A stretch of DNA of 32,000 nucleotides from Cryptosporangium arvum DSM 44712 (GTDB taxonomy: Bacteria > Actinomycetota > Actinomycetes > Mycobacteriales > Cryptosporangiaceae). A model generated the notes under the pieces. It did not search any database. It was not told the origin of the DNA and was given only the letters and a program-made list of their open reading frames with translations. A program made the position numbers and the translations under genes. This document shows, in pieces, positions 25,316-32,000 of the stretch. The DNA is taken from NCBI RefSeq assembly GCF_000585375.1, contig NZ_KK073874.1, positions 7,257,913 through 7,289,912 on the forward strand, given 5' to 3'. The stretch's first letter is position 1. Every line of letters begins with the position of its first letter.

Positions 25316-25912
25316 TCAGCTACGGCGACGGCGGCGGGCCGCCACCAGCAGCGCGGCTCCGGCGGCCAGGATGCCGGCTCCGACGCCGGCGATCTTCGGA
25401 CCGTCGTCGCGGCCGGTGACCGGGAGCTCCGGCTGGTTCTGGCCGGTCTCCGGCTGCTGCGGCTGGCCCGGAGGCGTCGACTCGGCCGGCTGCTGCGGCT
25501 GACCGGGCGGCGTGGACTCGGCGGGCTGCTGCGGCTGCCCCGGAGGCGTCGTCTCCTCGCCCGGGGGCGTGGTCTCGGGCACCTCGGGCGGCGTGGAGGC
25601 CTGCGGCTGCACGGGCTGGTTCTCCGGCACCTCGGGGCCGGTGGACGCGCCCGGCTGCACCGCGCCGCCCTCGTTCTCCTCCGCCGGCGGGCTGGCCACG
25701 TTGGGGGTCTCGGCCAACCGGACGCCCGATCGCGCCTCGATCGCCGCGCCCGCCTGCGCCTCCGACACGCACTCGACGGCGAGCGGCTGGGTCACCGCGT
25801 TCGCGCACTGCTCCGCGTTCGCGGAGGGTCCTCCCGCGAGGACGAACGCCGTCACCGCTGCCCCCACGGTCGCTGCTCCCGCGTACGCGAGGCGGCGGAA
25901 CCTGGGCTTCAT
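25316..25912 (-). CDS. LPXTG-anchored cell-wall surface protein with Pro/Gln-rich repeat stalk
   Basis: ATG at 25912. Signal peptide MKPRFRRLAYAGAATVGAAVTAFVLAGGPSANA|EQ. A short two-Cys head is followed by a PT/PQ-rich stalk with a 12-aa repeat (TPPGQPQQPAES). The sorting signal is LPVTG, a hydrophobic span (IAGVGAGILAAGAALLVAA) and an RRRRRS tail. Confidence 0.85.
   Translation of the reverse strand: MKPRFRRLAYAGAATVGAAVTAFVLAGGPSANAEQCANAVTQPLAVECVSEAQAGAAIEARSGVRLAETPNVASPPAEENEGGAVQPGASTGPEVPENQPVQPQASTPPEVPETTPPGEETTPPGQPQQPAESTPPGQPQQPAESTPPGQPQQPETGQNQPELPVTGRDDGPKIAGVGAGILAAGAALLVAARRRRRS
25451..25558 (-). repeat. 3 x 36-nt in-frame tandem repeat inside the LPXTG gene
   Basis: Units at 25451-25486, 25487-25522 and 25523-25558 (cggctgctgcggctg.cc.gg.ggcgt.ga.tc...) encode (S)TPPGQPQQPAE-type repeats. 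The third copy is diverged at its end. Confidence 0.85.
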
Positions 25913-26280
25913 ATCAACACCTACCTGTCCACAATCGGGTCGACCCGGTTGGATCCCTCAAACCTGTACATAGCTCTGTCACGGGCCATTTAACAGGATG
26001 AATGGGACGCAGATGATGTCTGCGGGCTGGGTGGGGCTTGAAACCATGCTTGTGGCGAAGTCGGATCAATCTTCGCGGCGTGTCACGAATCGACACGCCA
26101 ACCACCGTCGGGCGGGCGCTCCGGCGCAGCATCCCGGGCCTCCGACGATTTCCCGGCCTACCGGGGGCCGCGTACGGCCGAAGGACTGGTCGAGACGGGG
26201 TCGCCAGCCGGGCTGCTCCCCAGGCCGGCAGCGACGGCCCTGCAGGGCTCGGAACGGAGACGGGGTAGCGAACATGACGA

Positions 26281-26322
26281 AGGCCAGGTCAGAAAGCCGG
26301 TTTCCCGGATCTGACCTGGCCT
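26281..26322 (-). terminator. Hairpin downstream of the tRNA-Gln/tRNA-Glu pair
   Basis: A 13-bp stem, aggccaggtcaga / tctgacctggcct, with an inner ccgg/ccgg stem. It lies 12 nt past the tRNA-Glu 3' end on the minus strand. There is no clear U-tract. Confidence 0.45.
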
Positions 26323-26333
26323 TTCGTACTGCG

Positions 26334-26406
26334 TAGCCCCGACCGGATTCGAACCGGCGCTACCGCCTTGAGAGGGCGGCGTCCTAGGCCGCTAGACGAC
26401 GGGGCC
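26334..26406 (-). tRNA. tRNA-Glu (anticodon CTC)
   Basis: The minus-strand sequence GGCCCCGTCGTCTAGCGGCCTAGGACGCCGCCCTCTCAAGGCGGTAGCGCCGGTTCGAATCCGGTCGGGGCTA folds by hand as a cloverleaf. The anticodon stem is CCGCC/GGCGG and the loop is CT-CTC-AA. It has a 4-nt variable loop as in E. coli tRNA-Glu and a TTCGAAT T-loop. G1-U72 is a wobble pair. No CCA is encoded. Confidence 0.9.
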
Positions 26407-26443
26407 CTAGGACAACGTCCGGGACGAACCGAACGCTGTTGAG

Positions 26444-26515
26444 CTGGGGTACCAGGACTCGAACCTAGACTAACGGAACCAGAAACCGTCGGGCTGCCAA
26501 TTACCCCATACCCCA
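26444..26515 (-). tRNA. tRNA-Gln (anticodon CTG)
   Basis: The minus-strand sequence is TGGGGTATGGGGTAATTGGCAGCCCGACGGTTTCTGGTTCCGTTAGTCTAGGTTCGAGTCCTGGTACCCCAG. The acceptor stem TGGGGTA/TACCCCA has the U1-A72 pair typical of tRNA-Gln. The anticodon loop is TT-CTG-GT and the T-loop is TTCGAGT. There is one U-U mismatch at the base of the anticodon stem. Confidence 0.88.
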
Positions 26516-26645
26516 ATAAAGCTGTGTACTTCCAAGAACTTCGTTGCTGACGTCTGCTTGGCGGTCATCCGCTCGCAACGTCGGTAACTCTAGCCGAGAG
26601 TGCGGGCCGGTCCCAAATCGGCCCCCGGCCCGCCTCTCGTCCGGC

Positions 26646-28142
26646 TCAGGCCGGTACCAGCTCGCGGGCAGCACGCAGCCGCGTCAGCGACCGGTCGCGC
26701 CCCAGCAGCTCCATCGACTCGTACAGCGGCGGGGACACCGTCCGGCCGGTGATCGCCGCCCGGACCGGCGCAAACGCCTTGCGGGGCTTGAGGCCGAGCC
26801 CGTCGACGAGCGCGGATTTCAGCGCGCCTTCGACGTCGGCCGCGGTCCACGAGGACAGCCCGGACAGGGCGGAGATCGTCGCGTCGAGCACCGGGGCCGC
26901 GTCCGCGCCGAGCACCTTCGCCTGCACGTCGGCCTCGACAGTGATGTCTTTCACGAACAGGAACCCGAGCATGCCGGGAGCCTGACCGAGAACCGGCATG
27001 CGCTCCTGGATCAGCGGCGCCGCGGCAGCGAGAAGTTCCTGCTCGGAAGGCGTCGGCTCGGGGGCGATCAGCCCGGCTCCGGCCAAGTAGGGCACCAGCC
27101 GGGACGCGAAGTCGTCGGGGGCGAGCAGGCGCAGGTGCGCGCCGTTGATCGCCTCGCACTTCCGCCCGTCGAAACGCGCTGGGTTCGGGCTCACGCGCGT
27201 GACGTCGAACGCGTCGGCCATCTCGCGCAGCGTGAAGATGTCGCGGTCCTCGGCGATCGACCAGCCGAGCAGCGCCAGGTAGTTGAGCAGCCCCTCGGGC
27301 AGGTAGCCCTGCTCGCGGTAGTGCAGCAGGTTGGCCTGCGGGTCGCGCTTGGAGAGCTTCTTGTTGCCCTCCCCCATGACGTACGGCAGGTGACCGAACT
27401 CGGGCACCCGCTCGGCCACCCCGACGTCGATGAGCGCGCGGTACAGCGCGATCTGGCGCGGCGTGCTCGGCAGCAGGTCCTCGCCGCGGAGCACGTGGGT
27501 GATCCGCATCAGCGCGTCGTCGACCGGGTTCACCAGCGGGTACAGCGGGTCGCCGTTGCCGCGCACGACGACGTAGTCCGGCACCGTGCCCGGGGCGAAC
27601 GCCACGTCGCCGCGCACCAGGTCGGTCCAGCCGATCGAGTCGTCGGGCATCCGGAACCGCAACACGGGCACGCGGCCGGCCGCCCGCAACTCGTCTTTGG
27701 CGGCGTCGGTCAGGTTCCGGTCGTAGTTGTCGTAGCCCAGCTTCGGGTCGCGGCCGGCGGCGCGGTGCCTGGCCTCGATCTCCTCGCCGGACGAGAACGA
27801 CTCGTAGAGGTACCCCGCGTCCCGGAGTTTGGCGACGACGTCCAGGTAGATCGAGCGGCGCTCCGACTGCCGGTACGGGCCGTGGTCGCCGCCGACCTCG
27901 GGGCCTTCGTCCCAGTCCAGGCCGAGCCAGCGCAGCGAGTCCAGCAACTGCTGGTAGGACTCCTCGGAGTCGCGGGAGGCGTCGGTGTCCTCGATCCGGA
28001 ACACGAACGTCCCGCCGTGGTGCCGGGCGAAGGCCCAGTTGAACAGGCAGGTGCGGACGAGGCCGACGTGCGGGTTACCGGTGGGCGACGGACAGAACCG
28101 CACCCGGACCGACGGATCGCGGGACACGCGGGTTCCTTTCAT
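26646..28142 (-). CDS. gltX: Glutamate--tRNA ligase
   Basis: A 498-aa ORF with the HIGH-type motif SPTGNPHVG and the KMSKS-type motif KLSKRD, plus FRIEDTD. The ATG at 28142 overlaps the upstream FAH-gene stop (ATGA). Confidence 0.96.
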   Translation of the reverse strand: MKGTRVSRDPSVRVRFCPSPTGNPHVGLVRTCLFNWAFARHHGGTFVFRIEDTDASRDSEESYQQLLDSLRWLGLDWDEGPEVGGDHGPYRQSERRSIYLDVVAKLRDAGYLYESFSSGEEIEARHRAAGRDPKLGYDNYDRNLTDAAKDELRAAGRVPVLRFRMPDDSIGWTDLVRGDVAFAPGTVPDYVVVRGNGDPLYPLVNPVDDALMRITHVLRGEDLLPSTPRQIALYRALIDVGVAERVPEFGHLPYVMGEGNKKLSKRDPQANLLHYREQGYLPEGLLNYLALLGWSIAEDRDIFTLREMADAFDVTRVSPNPARFDGRKCEAINGAHLRLLAPDDFASRLVPYLAGAGLIAPEPTPSEQELLAAAAPLIQERMPVLGQAPGMLGFLFVKDITVEADVQAKVLGADAAPVLDATISALSGLSSWTAADVEGALKSALVDGLGLKPRKAFAPVRAAITGRTVSPPLYESMELLGRDRSLTRLRAARELVPA

Positions 28143-28930
28143 GCGCGGTTGGCGACAGGGTTGGTGAGAGTGCCCAGGCCTTCGATGCGGACGCTCACCG
28201 AGTCACCGGCGACGATCGGGCCGACGCCGGCCGGGGTGCCGGTGAGGATCACGTCGCCGGGCAGCAGCGTCATCACGTGCGAGACGTACGACACCAGGGT
28301 CGGGACGTCGAAGATCATGTCCTTGGTGCGGCCGTCCTGCTTGACGTCCTGGTTGACCAGCGCCTGGACGCCGACGTCGGCCCAGTTCAGGTCGGTCTCG
28401 ATCCACGGGCCGAGCGGGCAGAACGAGTCGTAGCCCTTGGCCCGGGTGAACTGGACGTCGTTGCGCTGCTGGTCGCGGGCGGTGACGTCGTTGGCGCAGG
28501 TGTAGCCGAAGACCGACTTCAGCGCGTCCTCGCGGGAGACCTGCCGGGCGCCCCGGCCGCCGATCACGATCGCGAGCTCGGCCTCGTGCTCGACCTGCTT
28601 GGAGTCGATCGGGAGCCGGATCGGGGCACCGGGGCCGATGATGCTCGTCGGCGGCTTGAGGAACAGCAGCGGCGCGGACGGCACCTCGTTGCCGAGCTCG
28701 CTGGCGTGGGCGGCGTAGTTGCGGCCGACGCCGACCACCTTGCTGGGCAGGATCGGCGGGAGGAGTTCCACGTCGGCGAGCGTCCAGCGCTCCCCGGTGT
28801 AGCGGATGCCGCTGAACGGCACTCCTTCGAGCTCGGCGATCGTCAGCGCTTCCGGATCGTCGGTTCCGGCCGGCCCTTCCACAGCGCCGAAAGCTCGGCC
28901 GCCGGGGTGAGCGAAGAGCGCGATGCGCAC
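28139..28930 (-). CDS. Fumarylacetoacetate hydrolase (FAH) family protein (Rv2993c-like)
   Basis: A 263-aa ORF. GTG at 28930 lies 7 nt after AGGAG. FAH-fold motifs are present: [47 protein letters not shown]. Confidence 0.9.
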   Translation of the reverse strand: MRIALFAHPGGRAFGAVEGPAGTDDPEALTIAELEGVPFSGIRYTGERWTLADVELLPPILPSKVVGVGRNYAAHASELGNEVPSAPLLFLKPPTSIIGPGAPIRLPIDSKQVEHEAELAIVIGGRGARQVSREDALKSVFGYTCANDVTARDQQRNDVQFTRAKGYDSFCPLGPWIETDLNWADVGVQALVNQDVKQDGRTKDMIFDVPTLVSYVSHVMTLLPGDVILTGTPAGVGPIVAGDSVSVRIEGLGTLTNPVANRA

Positions 28931-29139
28931 GGTTGAACTCCTGGGTGCGAGTGCGGTCGATTGATGCTCGCAACCCTAACCCTGGGGCACACCGGCCCCG
29001 ACCCACCGCCAAGGGGTCGGGACCGGTGCCCGGTGCGGTCGGGCACCGACCGCACCGTGACCGTCGCCGACGCTTCACGGATCACCCGCCCCCATAGCGG
29101 GGCGACCCGTGCAGCCGTGCGTCGGCGCGGCCGTTCGCG

Positions 29140-29173
29140 GCCGGTCCGGGGGCGGGGCGCACCCCGGACCGGC
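29140..29173 (-). terminator. Hairpin terminator downstream of the GH43 gene
   Basis: A perfect 12-bp stem, gccggtccgggg / ccccggaccggc, with a 10-nt loop, starting 7 nt after the GH43 stop (29180-29182). No U-tract. Confidence 0.6.
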
Positions 29174-29179
29174 GCGGGC

Positions 29180-30799
29180 TCAGAGGGCCCGGTACTCGGC
29201 GTAGGCGAAGTCGGCCGGGCGCCGTCCACCGGTCAGGTCCTGGGCCCACAGGCCGAAGAACGCGCCGGTGAACCCCTGCGTGTGCTCGTTCTCGTCGAGG
29301 AGCTCCAGTGCGTACTCGTCGGAGAGCACGCTCGCGTCGTGCGTCTCCGGCCACCACTGCAGTTCGCCACCCGGGAGCCCGTGCGCGAACCGCAGCGCCG
29401 AACCTTCCAGCTCGACACGCAGCACCACGCCGGCGGCGGGGTCGGCCACCGGAACCGGTACGCCGGTGTTGAGCAGCCGGCCCCGGTTCGAGGCGAGCAC
29501 GTCGACGCTCGGGCCGTGCGCATCGTGCCAGGTGAGCCGCGCGTACACCCAGTTGAGCGTGTTGTAGTACGCCACGACGCCGGCCATCTGCCGGAACGAG
29601 GTCGGTTCGAAGCTCACCTGCGCCTCGAACGTGCTCGACGCGTGCTGCACACGGCGGCCCACCAGGCTCGGGTTACGCAGCGACGACGGCGATTCCCCGC
29701 CGTAGAGCCGCAGGTGGCCCGGCCGGTCGGACAGGCTGAGCCACTCCGGCGACGGCGGCCGGCGCAGCGTGCTCCACGGCGTGCCCAGCGCGGGGGCGTC
29801 GAAGTCGTCCCGCTCGGGCTCGTCGGGCCACGGGTGCGGCGTCAACGCCGGGGCGGCCACCTGGTCGGCCGGGCGCGCACCCGCGACCCGCGGCCAGCCG
29901 TCGGCGCTCCACTCGACCCGCTGGATCGCGGTCTCCCGGCCCAGGACGCAGCGCCCGCGCTCGGTGAGCGGACGCCCGACGAGGTGCGCGAGGAACCACT
30001 CGTCGTCGGGCGTCGCGACGAGCGAGCCGTGGCCGGCCTTCTGCAGGGTCAGCGACGGGTCGGGCCAGGACGTCAGCGTCGGCCCGGCCGGGTCGACCTC
30101 GTAGGGGCCCTGGATGTCCCGCGATCGGGCCACCGTCACCTGGTGCTTCCAGAACGTGCCGCCCTCGGCGGTGACCAGGTAGTACCAGCCGTCGCGCCGG
30201 TAGAGGTGCGGCGCCTCGGTCAGCCCGGCCGACGTCCCGGTGAAGACGACGACCGGCTCGCCGCGCAGCTGCCGCGCCGACCGGTCGTACTCCTGCAGGA
30301 CGATGCCCGCGAACGTCTCCCGGCCCGGCCGGTAGTCGGCGGACATGCTCAGCATCCAGCTGCGGCCGTCGTCGTCGTGGAACATCGACGCGTCGAAGCC
30401 CAGCCCGTGCAGCGTCACCGGTTCCGACCACGGCCCGGTGATGTCCGGCGCGGTCACCAGGTAGTTCGGGGTGTCCCAGAACCCGCCGCCGTACGTCCCG
30501 ACGTTGGAGTAGACGAGGTGGAACAACCCGTCGGTGTACGAGAGGCACGGTGCCCACACCCCGCCCGAGTCGCGCACACCGCGCATCTGCAGGAACTCCT
30601 CGCCGGTGAGCGCGCCACCGAGCGGACGCCAGTTCACCAGGTCACGGGAGTGGTGCAGGGAGACGCCGGGGAACCATTCGAACGTGGAGGTCGCCAGGTA
30701 GTAGTCGTCGCCGACGCGGAGGATCGACGGATCCGGGTGGAACCCGGTGAGCACCGGGTTCTGGATCACGGTGGGCGGTGCTTCGACTTCGATGGCCAT
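29180..30799 (-). CDS. Glycoside hydrolase family 43 (beta-xylosidase/alpha-L-arabinofuranosidase, XynB-like, with C-terminal beta-sandwich)
   Basis: NPVLTGFHPDPSI (catalytic Asp region), GGVWAPCL, FDASMFHDDDG, TEAPHLY (catalytic Glu) and GHGS are present, plus a ~200-aa C-terminal lectin-like domain. The track start is TTG 30805. ATG at 30799 lies 7 nt after AAGGA and is preferred. Confidence 0.9.
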   Translation of the reverse strand: MAIEVEAPPTVIQNPVLTGFHPDPSILRVGDDYYLATSTFEWFPGVSLHHSRDLVNWRPLGGALTGEEFLQMRGVRDSGGVWAPCLSYTDGLFHLVYSNVGTYGGGFWDTPNYLVTAPDITGPWSEPVTLHGLGFDASMFHDDDGRSWMLSMSADYRPGRETFAGIVLQEYDRSARQLRGEPVVVFTGTSAGLTEAPHLYRRDGWYYLVTAEGGTFWKHQVTVARSRDIQGPYEVDPAGPTLTSWPDPSLTLQKAGHGSLVATPDDEWFLAHLVGRPLTERGRCVLGRETAIQRVEWSADGWPRVAGARPADQVAAPALTPHPWPDEPERDDFDAPALGTPWSTLRRPPSPEWLSLSDRPGHLRLYGGESPSSLRNPSLVGRRVQHASSTFEAQVSFEPTSFRQMAGVVAYYNTLNWVYARLTWHDAHGPSVDVLASNRGRLLNTGVPVPVADPAAGVVLRVELEGSALRFAHGLPGGELQWWPETHDASVLSDEYALELLDENEHTQGFTGAFFGLWAQDLTGGRRPADFAYAEYRAL

Positions 30800-30810
30800 C
30801 GACAAATCCT

Positions 30811-31695
30811 TTATTTACCGAAACCGGCCGAGAGGCCGCTGAGCAGTTGGCGTCGCCCGAAGAGGTAGAGCGCGAGCACCGGGAGCGCGGAGAGCACCAC
30901 CGCGGCCAGCAGGCCGGGGACGTCGGTGCCGTACTGGCTCTGGAAGTTCCACAGCCCGAGCGGGAGAACCCGCTGTTCGGAGCTCTGGGTCAGGACGAGG
31001 GGGAACAGGATGCCGTTCCACGCGTTGAGGCCCGCGAAGATGCCGATGCTGGCCAGCGCCGGCCGCGACAGCGGCACGACGAGCCGGCGGAAGATCAACG
31101 CCTGGCCGGCGCCGTCGACGGTCATCGCCTCGTAGAGCTCGTTCGGCACGTCACGCAGCGCGCTGGTCAGCACGAGCACGGCCATCGGCATCGTGAACGC
31201 CGCCGTCGGCAGGACGATCGCGGTGAGGCTGTCGTAGAGGTGCAGGCGCGTGATCAGCAGGAAGATCGGGATGATCACGGCCTGGGCCGGAATCGCCAGC
31301 CCGGTCAGGAACAGCGTGAACGCGTAGCGCACCCACCGGCTGCGGCCACGCACGATCGCGTACGCGGTGGGCAGTGCGAGCACCAGCACCAGCACCACGG
31401 TCCCGGCCGCCACGATCAGGCTGTTGAGCAGGAACGTGCCGAACCCGAGGTCGATGACGTTCTGGTAATTCTTCAGCGTCGGCGACGTGGGCAGGTCCAG
31501 CGGCCCGTCGGAGACGTAGGCCTCCTGGGTGCGGAGGCTCGTGACGACGATGAAGTAGATCGGTACCGCGACGATCAGGAACCAGACCAGCGCGGCGACG
31601 CTCGCGGGGATGTTCGCGTTGCGCCTCTTCCGCGGCCGCTTCGGGGGCGCGGTACGGGTCTGCGTCTCCGGCCGGGTGAGAACTTCGGCGCTCAC
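30811..31695 (-). CDS. Carbohydrate ABC transporter permease (MalG/BPD type)
   Basis: Six predicted TM segments and the EAA loop YEAMTVDGAGQALIFRRLVVPLSRPAL. The GTG at 31695 overlaps the stop of the upstream permease (GTGA). Confidence 0.9.
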   Translation of the reverse strand: MSAEVLTRPETQTRTAPPKRPRKRRNANIPASVAALVWFLIVAVPIYFIVVTSLRTQEAYVSDGPLDLPTSPTLKNYQNVIDLGFGTFLLNSLIVAAGTVVLVLVLALPTAYAIVRGRSRWVRYAFTLFLTGLAIPAQAVIIPIFLLITRLHLYDSLTAIVLPTAAFTMPMAVLVLTSALRDVPNELYEAMTVDGAGQALIFRRLVVPLSRPALASIGIFAGLNAWNGILFPLVLTQSSEQRVLPLGLWNFQSQYGTDVPGLLAAVVLSALPVLALYLFGRRQLLSGLSAGFGK

Positions 31696-32000
31696 AGGCC
31701 CTCCCGATCACTCGTCATCCGGTGGTAGCCGGTCGACCGCACGACGACGACCGAGAGCACGGTGCCGACGATCACCAGCAGCACGGCGAGAACGCTCGCG
31801 TAACCCATGTCGAAGGCGATGAAGCCCTCCTGGTACATGTGCAGCGGCAGGACCTTCGTCGCGCCGCCGGGCCCGCCGTTGGTCAGCAGCAGGACCGACT
31901 CGAAGACCGTCACGGAGCCGACCAGCATCATCACCGACGACGCGACGATCGTGTTCCGCAGCTGCGGCAGGGTGATCGCGAAGAACTGGCGTACCCGGTC
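31692..32000 (-). CDS. Carbohydrate ABC transporter permease (MalF type), C-terminal fragment; gene continues beyond the right edge
   Basis: The frame stays open to the window end. It reads ...QFFAITLPQLRNTIVASSVMMLVGSVTVFESVLLLTNGGPGGATKVLPLHMYQEGF..., which is the post-EAA region typical of sugar ABC permeases. Confidence 0.85.
   Translation of the reverse strand, partial: DRVRQFFAITLPQLRNTIVASSVMMLVGSVTVFESVLLLTNGGPGGATKVLPLHMYQEGFIAFDMGYASVLAVLLVIVGTVLSVVVVRSTGYHRMTSDREGL

Noticed and set aside
26100-26322. Possible c-di-AMP (ydaO) riboswitch or SRP-like RNA, suggested by ccgaagga, two acgggg boxes, and ccaggtcaga...tctgacctgg
   Set aside because: The diagnostic ydaO elements (GGGGUGAAUC, CAGCUAACCUCGUAAGCG-type 3' end) are absent on both strands. 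So is the SRP domain-IV motif (GGAA tetraloop with AGCAGCC). The caggtcag stem is better explained as the tRNA-operon terminator.
25998-26336. 112-aa plus-strand ORF and three other 69-76-aa ORFs in the gap next to the tRNAs
   Set aside because: GC3 is only moderate and the products are Arg/Pro/Gly-rich. The ORFs overlap each other and run into the tRNA terminator hairpin and the tRNA-Glu 3' end. No RBS is present.
26544-28433. 629-aa plus-strand ORF
   Set aside because: It is antisense to gltX and the FAH gene, and it would also have to start just after a tRNA gene on the other strand. It is a shadow ORF.
28931-29179. T-box leader upstream of the gltX operon
   Set aside because: No conserved T-box sequence (AAnnGGGUGGnACCGCG-type antiterminator), specifier loop or AG bulge could be found. 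T-boxes are also not typical of actinobacterial gltX.
28961-30868. 635-aa plus-strand ORF
   Set aside because: It is antisense to the GH43 gene, which has its catalytic Asp/Glu motifs. The product is Arg/Pro/Gly-rich with no motifs.
1-32000. Mobile elements, integrases, toxin-antitoxin pairs, and restriction or other defence genes
   Set aside because: Every ORF with coding-like GC3 was assigned either to a housekeeping family or to the few small proteins listed. There are no terminal inverted repeats, no duplications flanking the tRNAs, and no compositional island. The only low-GC patches are short promoter-sized gaps.

Overview
This is a very GC-rich actinobacterial chromosomal segment. Third codon positions are almost always G/C, and most inferred start codons are GTG. 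The window is tightly packed with housekeeping genes: 33 protein-coding genes (2 cut by the window edges) and 2 tRNAs. I found no rRNA, CRISPR array, transposase, integrase, prophage or recognisable defence cassette.

Gene order, left to right:
- Minus strand: plsX (fragment), rpmF, yceD/DUF177, SepIVA-like coiled-coil protein, coaD, rsmD, recG, DAK2/YloV.
- Plus strand: rpmB.
- Minus strand: GNAT, Ser/Thr kinase, thiL.
- Plus strand: stand-alone RAM-domain protein, DUF3515.
- Minus strand: ddl, Cys/Met PLP enzyme, gpsA, plsC.
- Plus strand: fbiD/cofC, small OB-like ORF, ppk1, CYTH/CHAD, Nudix+His-phosphatase.
- Minus strand: hupB, leuD, leuC.
- Plus strand: IclR regulator.
- Minus strand: LPXTG surface protein, tRNA-Glu, tRNA-Gln, gltX, FAH-family protein, GH43 xylosidase, two sugar ABC permeases.

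From memory, the order thiL...ddl-gpsA-fbiD-ppk1-mutT1-hupB-leuDC-IclR...tRNAs-gltX-FAH mirrors M. tuberculosis Rv2977c-Rv2993c. That makes this conserved core genome rather than an island.

The ORF track reports the longest ORFs and shows alternative starts as M. Several true starts are therefore internal, and I re-derived them from RBS positions, 4-nt start/stop overlaps and family N-termini.

I do not see convincing evidence for a wholly new multi-gene system. The best leads are modest:
- a translationally linked polyphosphate module (ppk1, CYTH/CHAD, Nudix-HP) preceded by a degenerate cold-shock-like mini-ORF;
- an unusually long Thr/Ala/Lys-repeat tail on HupB;
- a soluble Ser/Thr kinase-GNAT pair with an AT-richer leader and a possibly coupled uORF;
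- a small repeat-bearing LPXTG protein next to about 420 bp of unexplained structured non-coding DNA.
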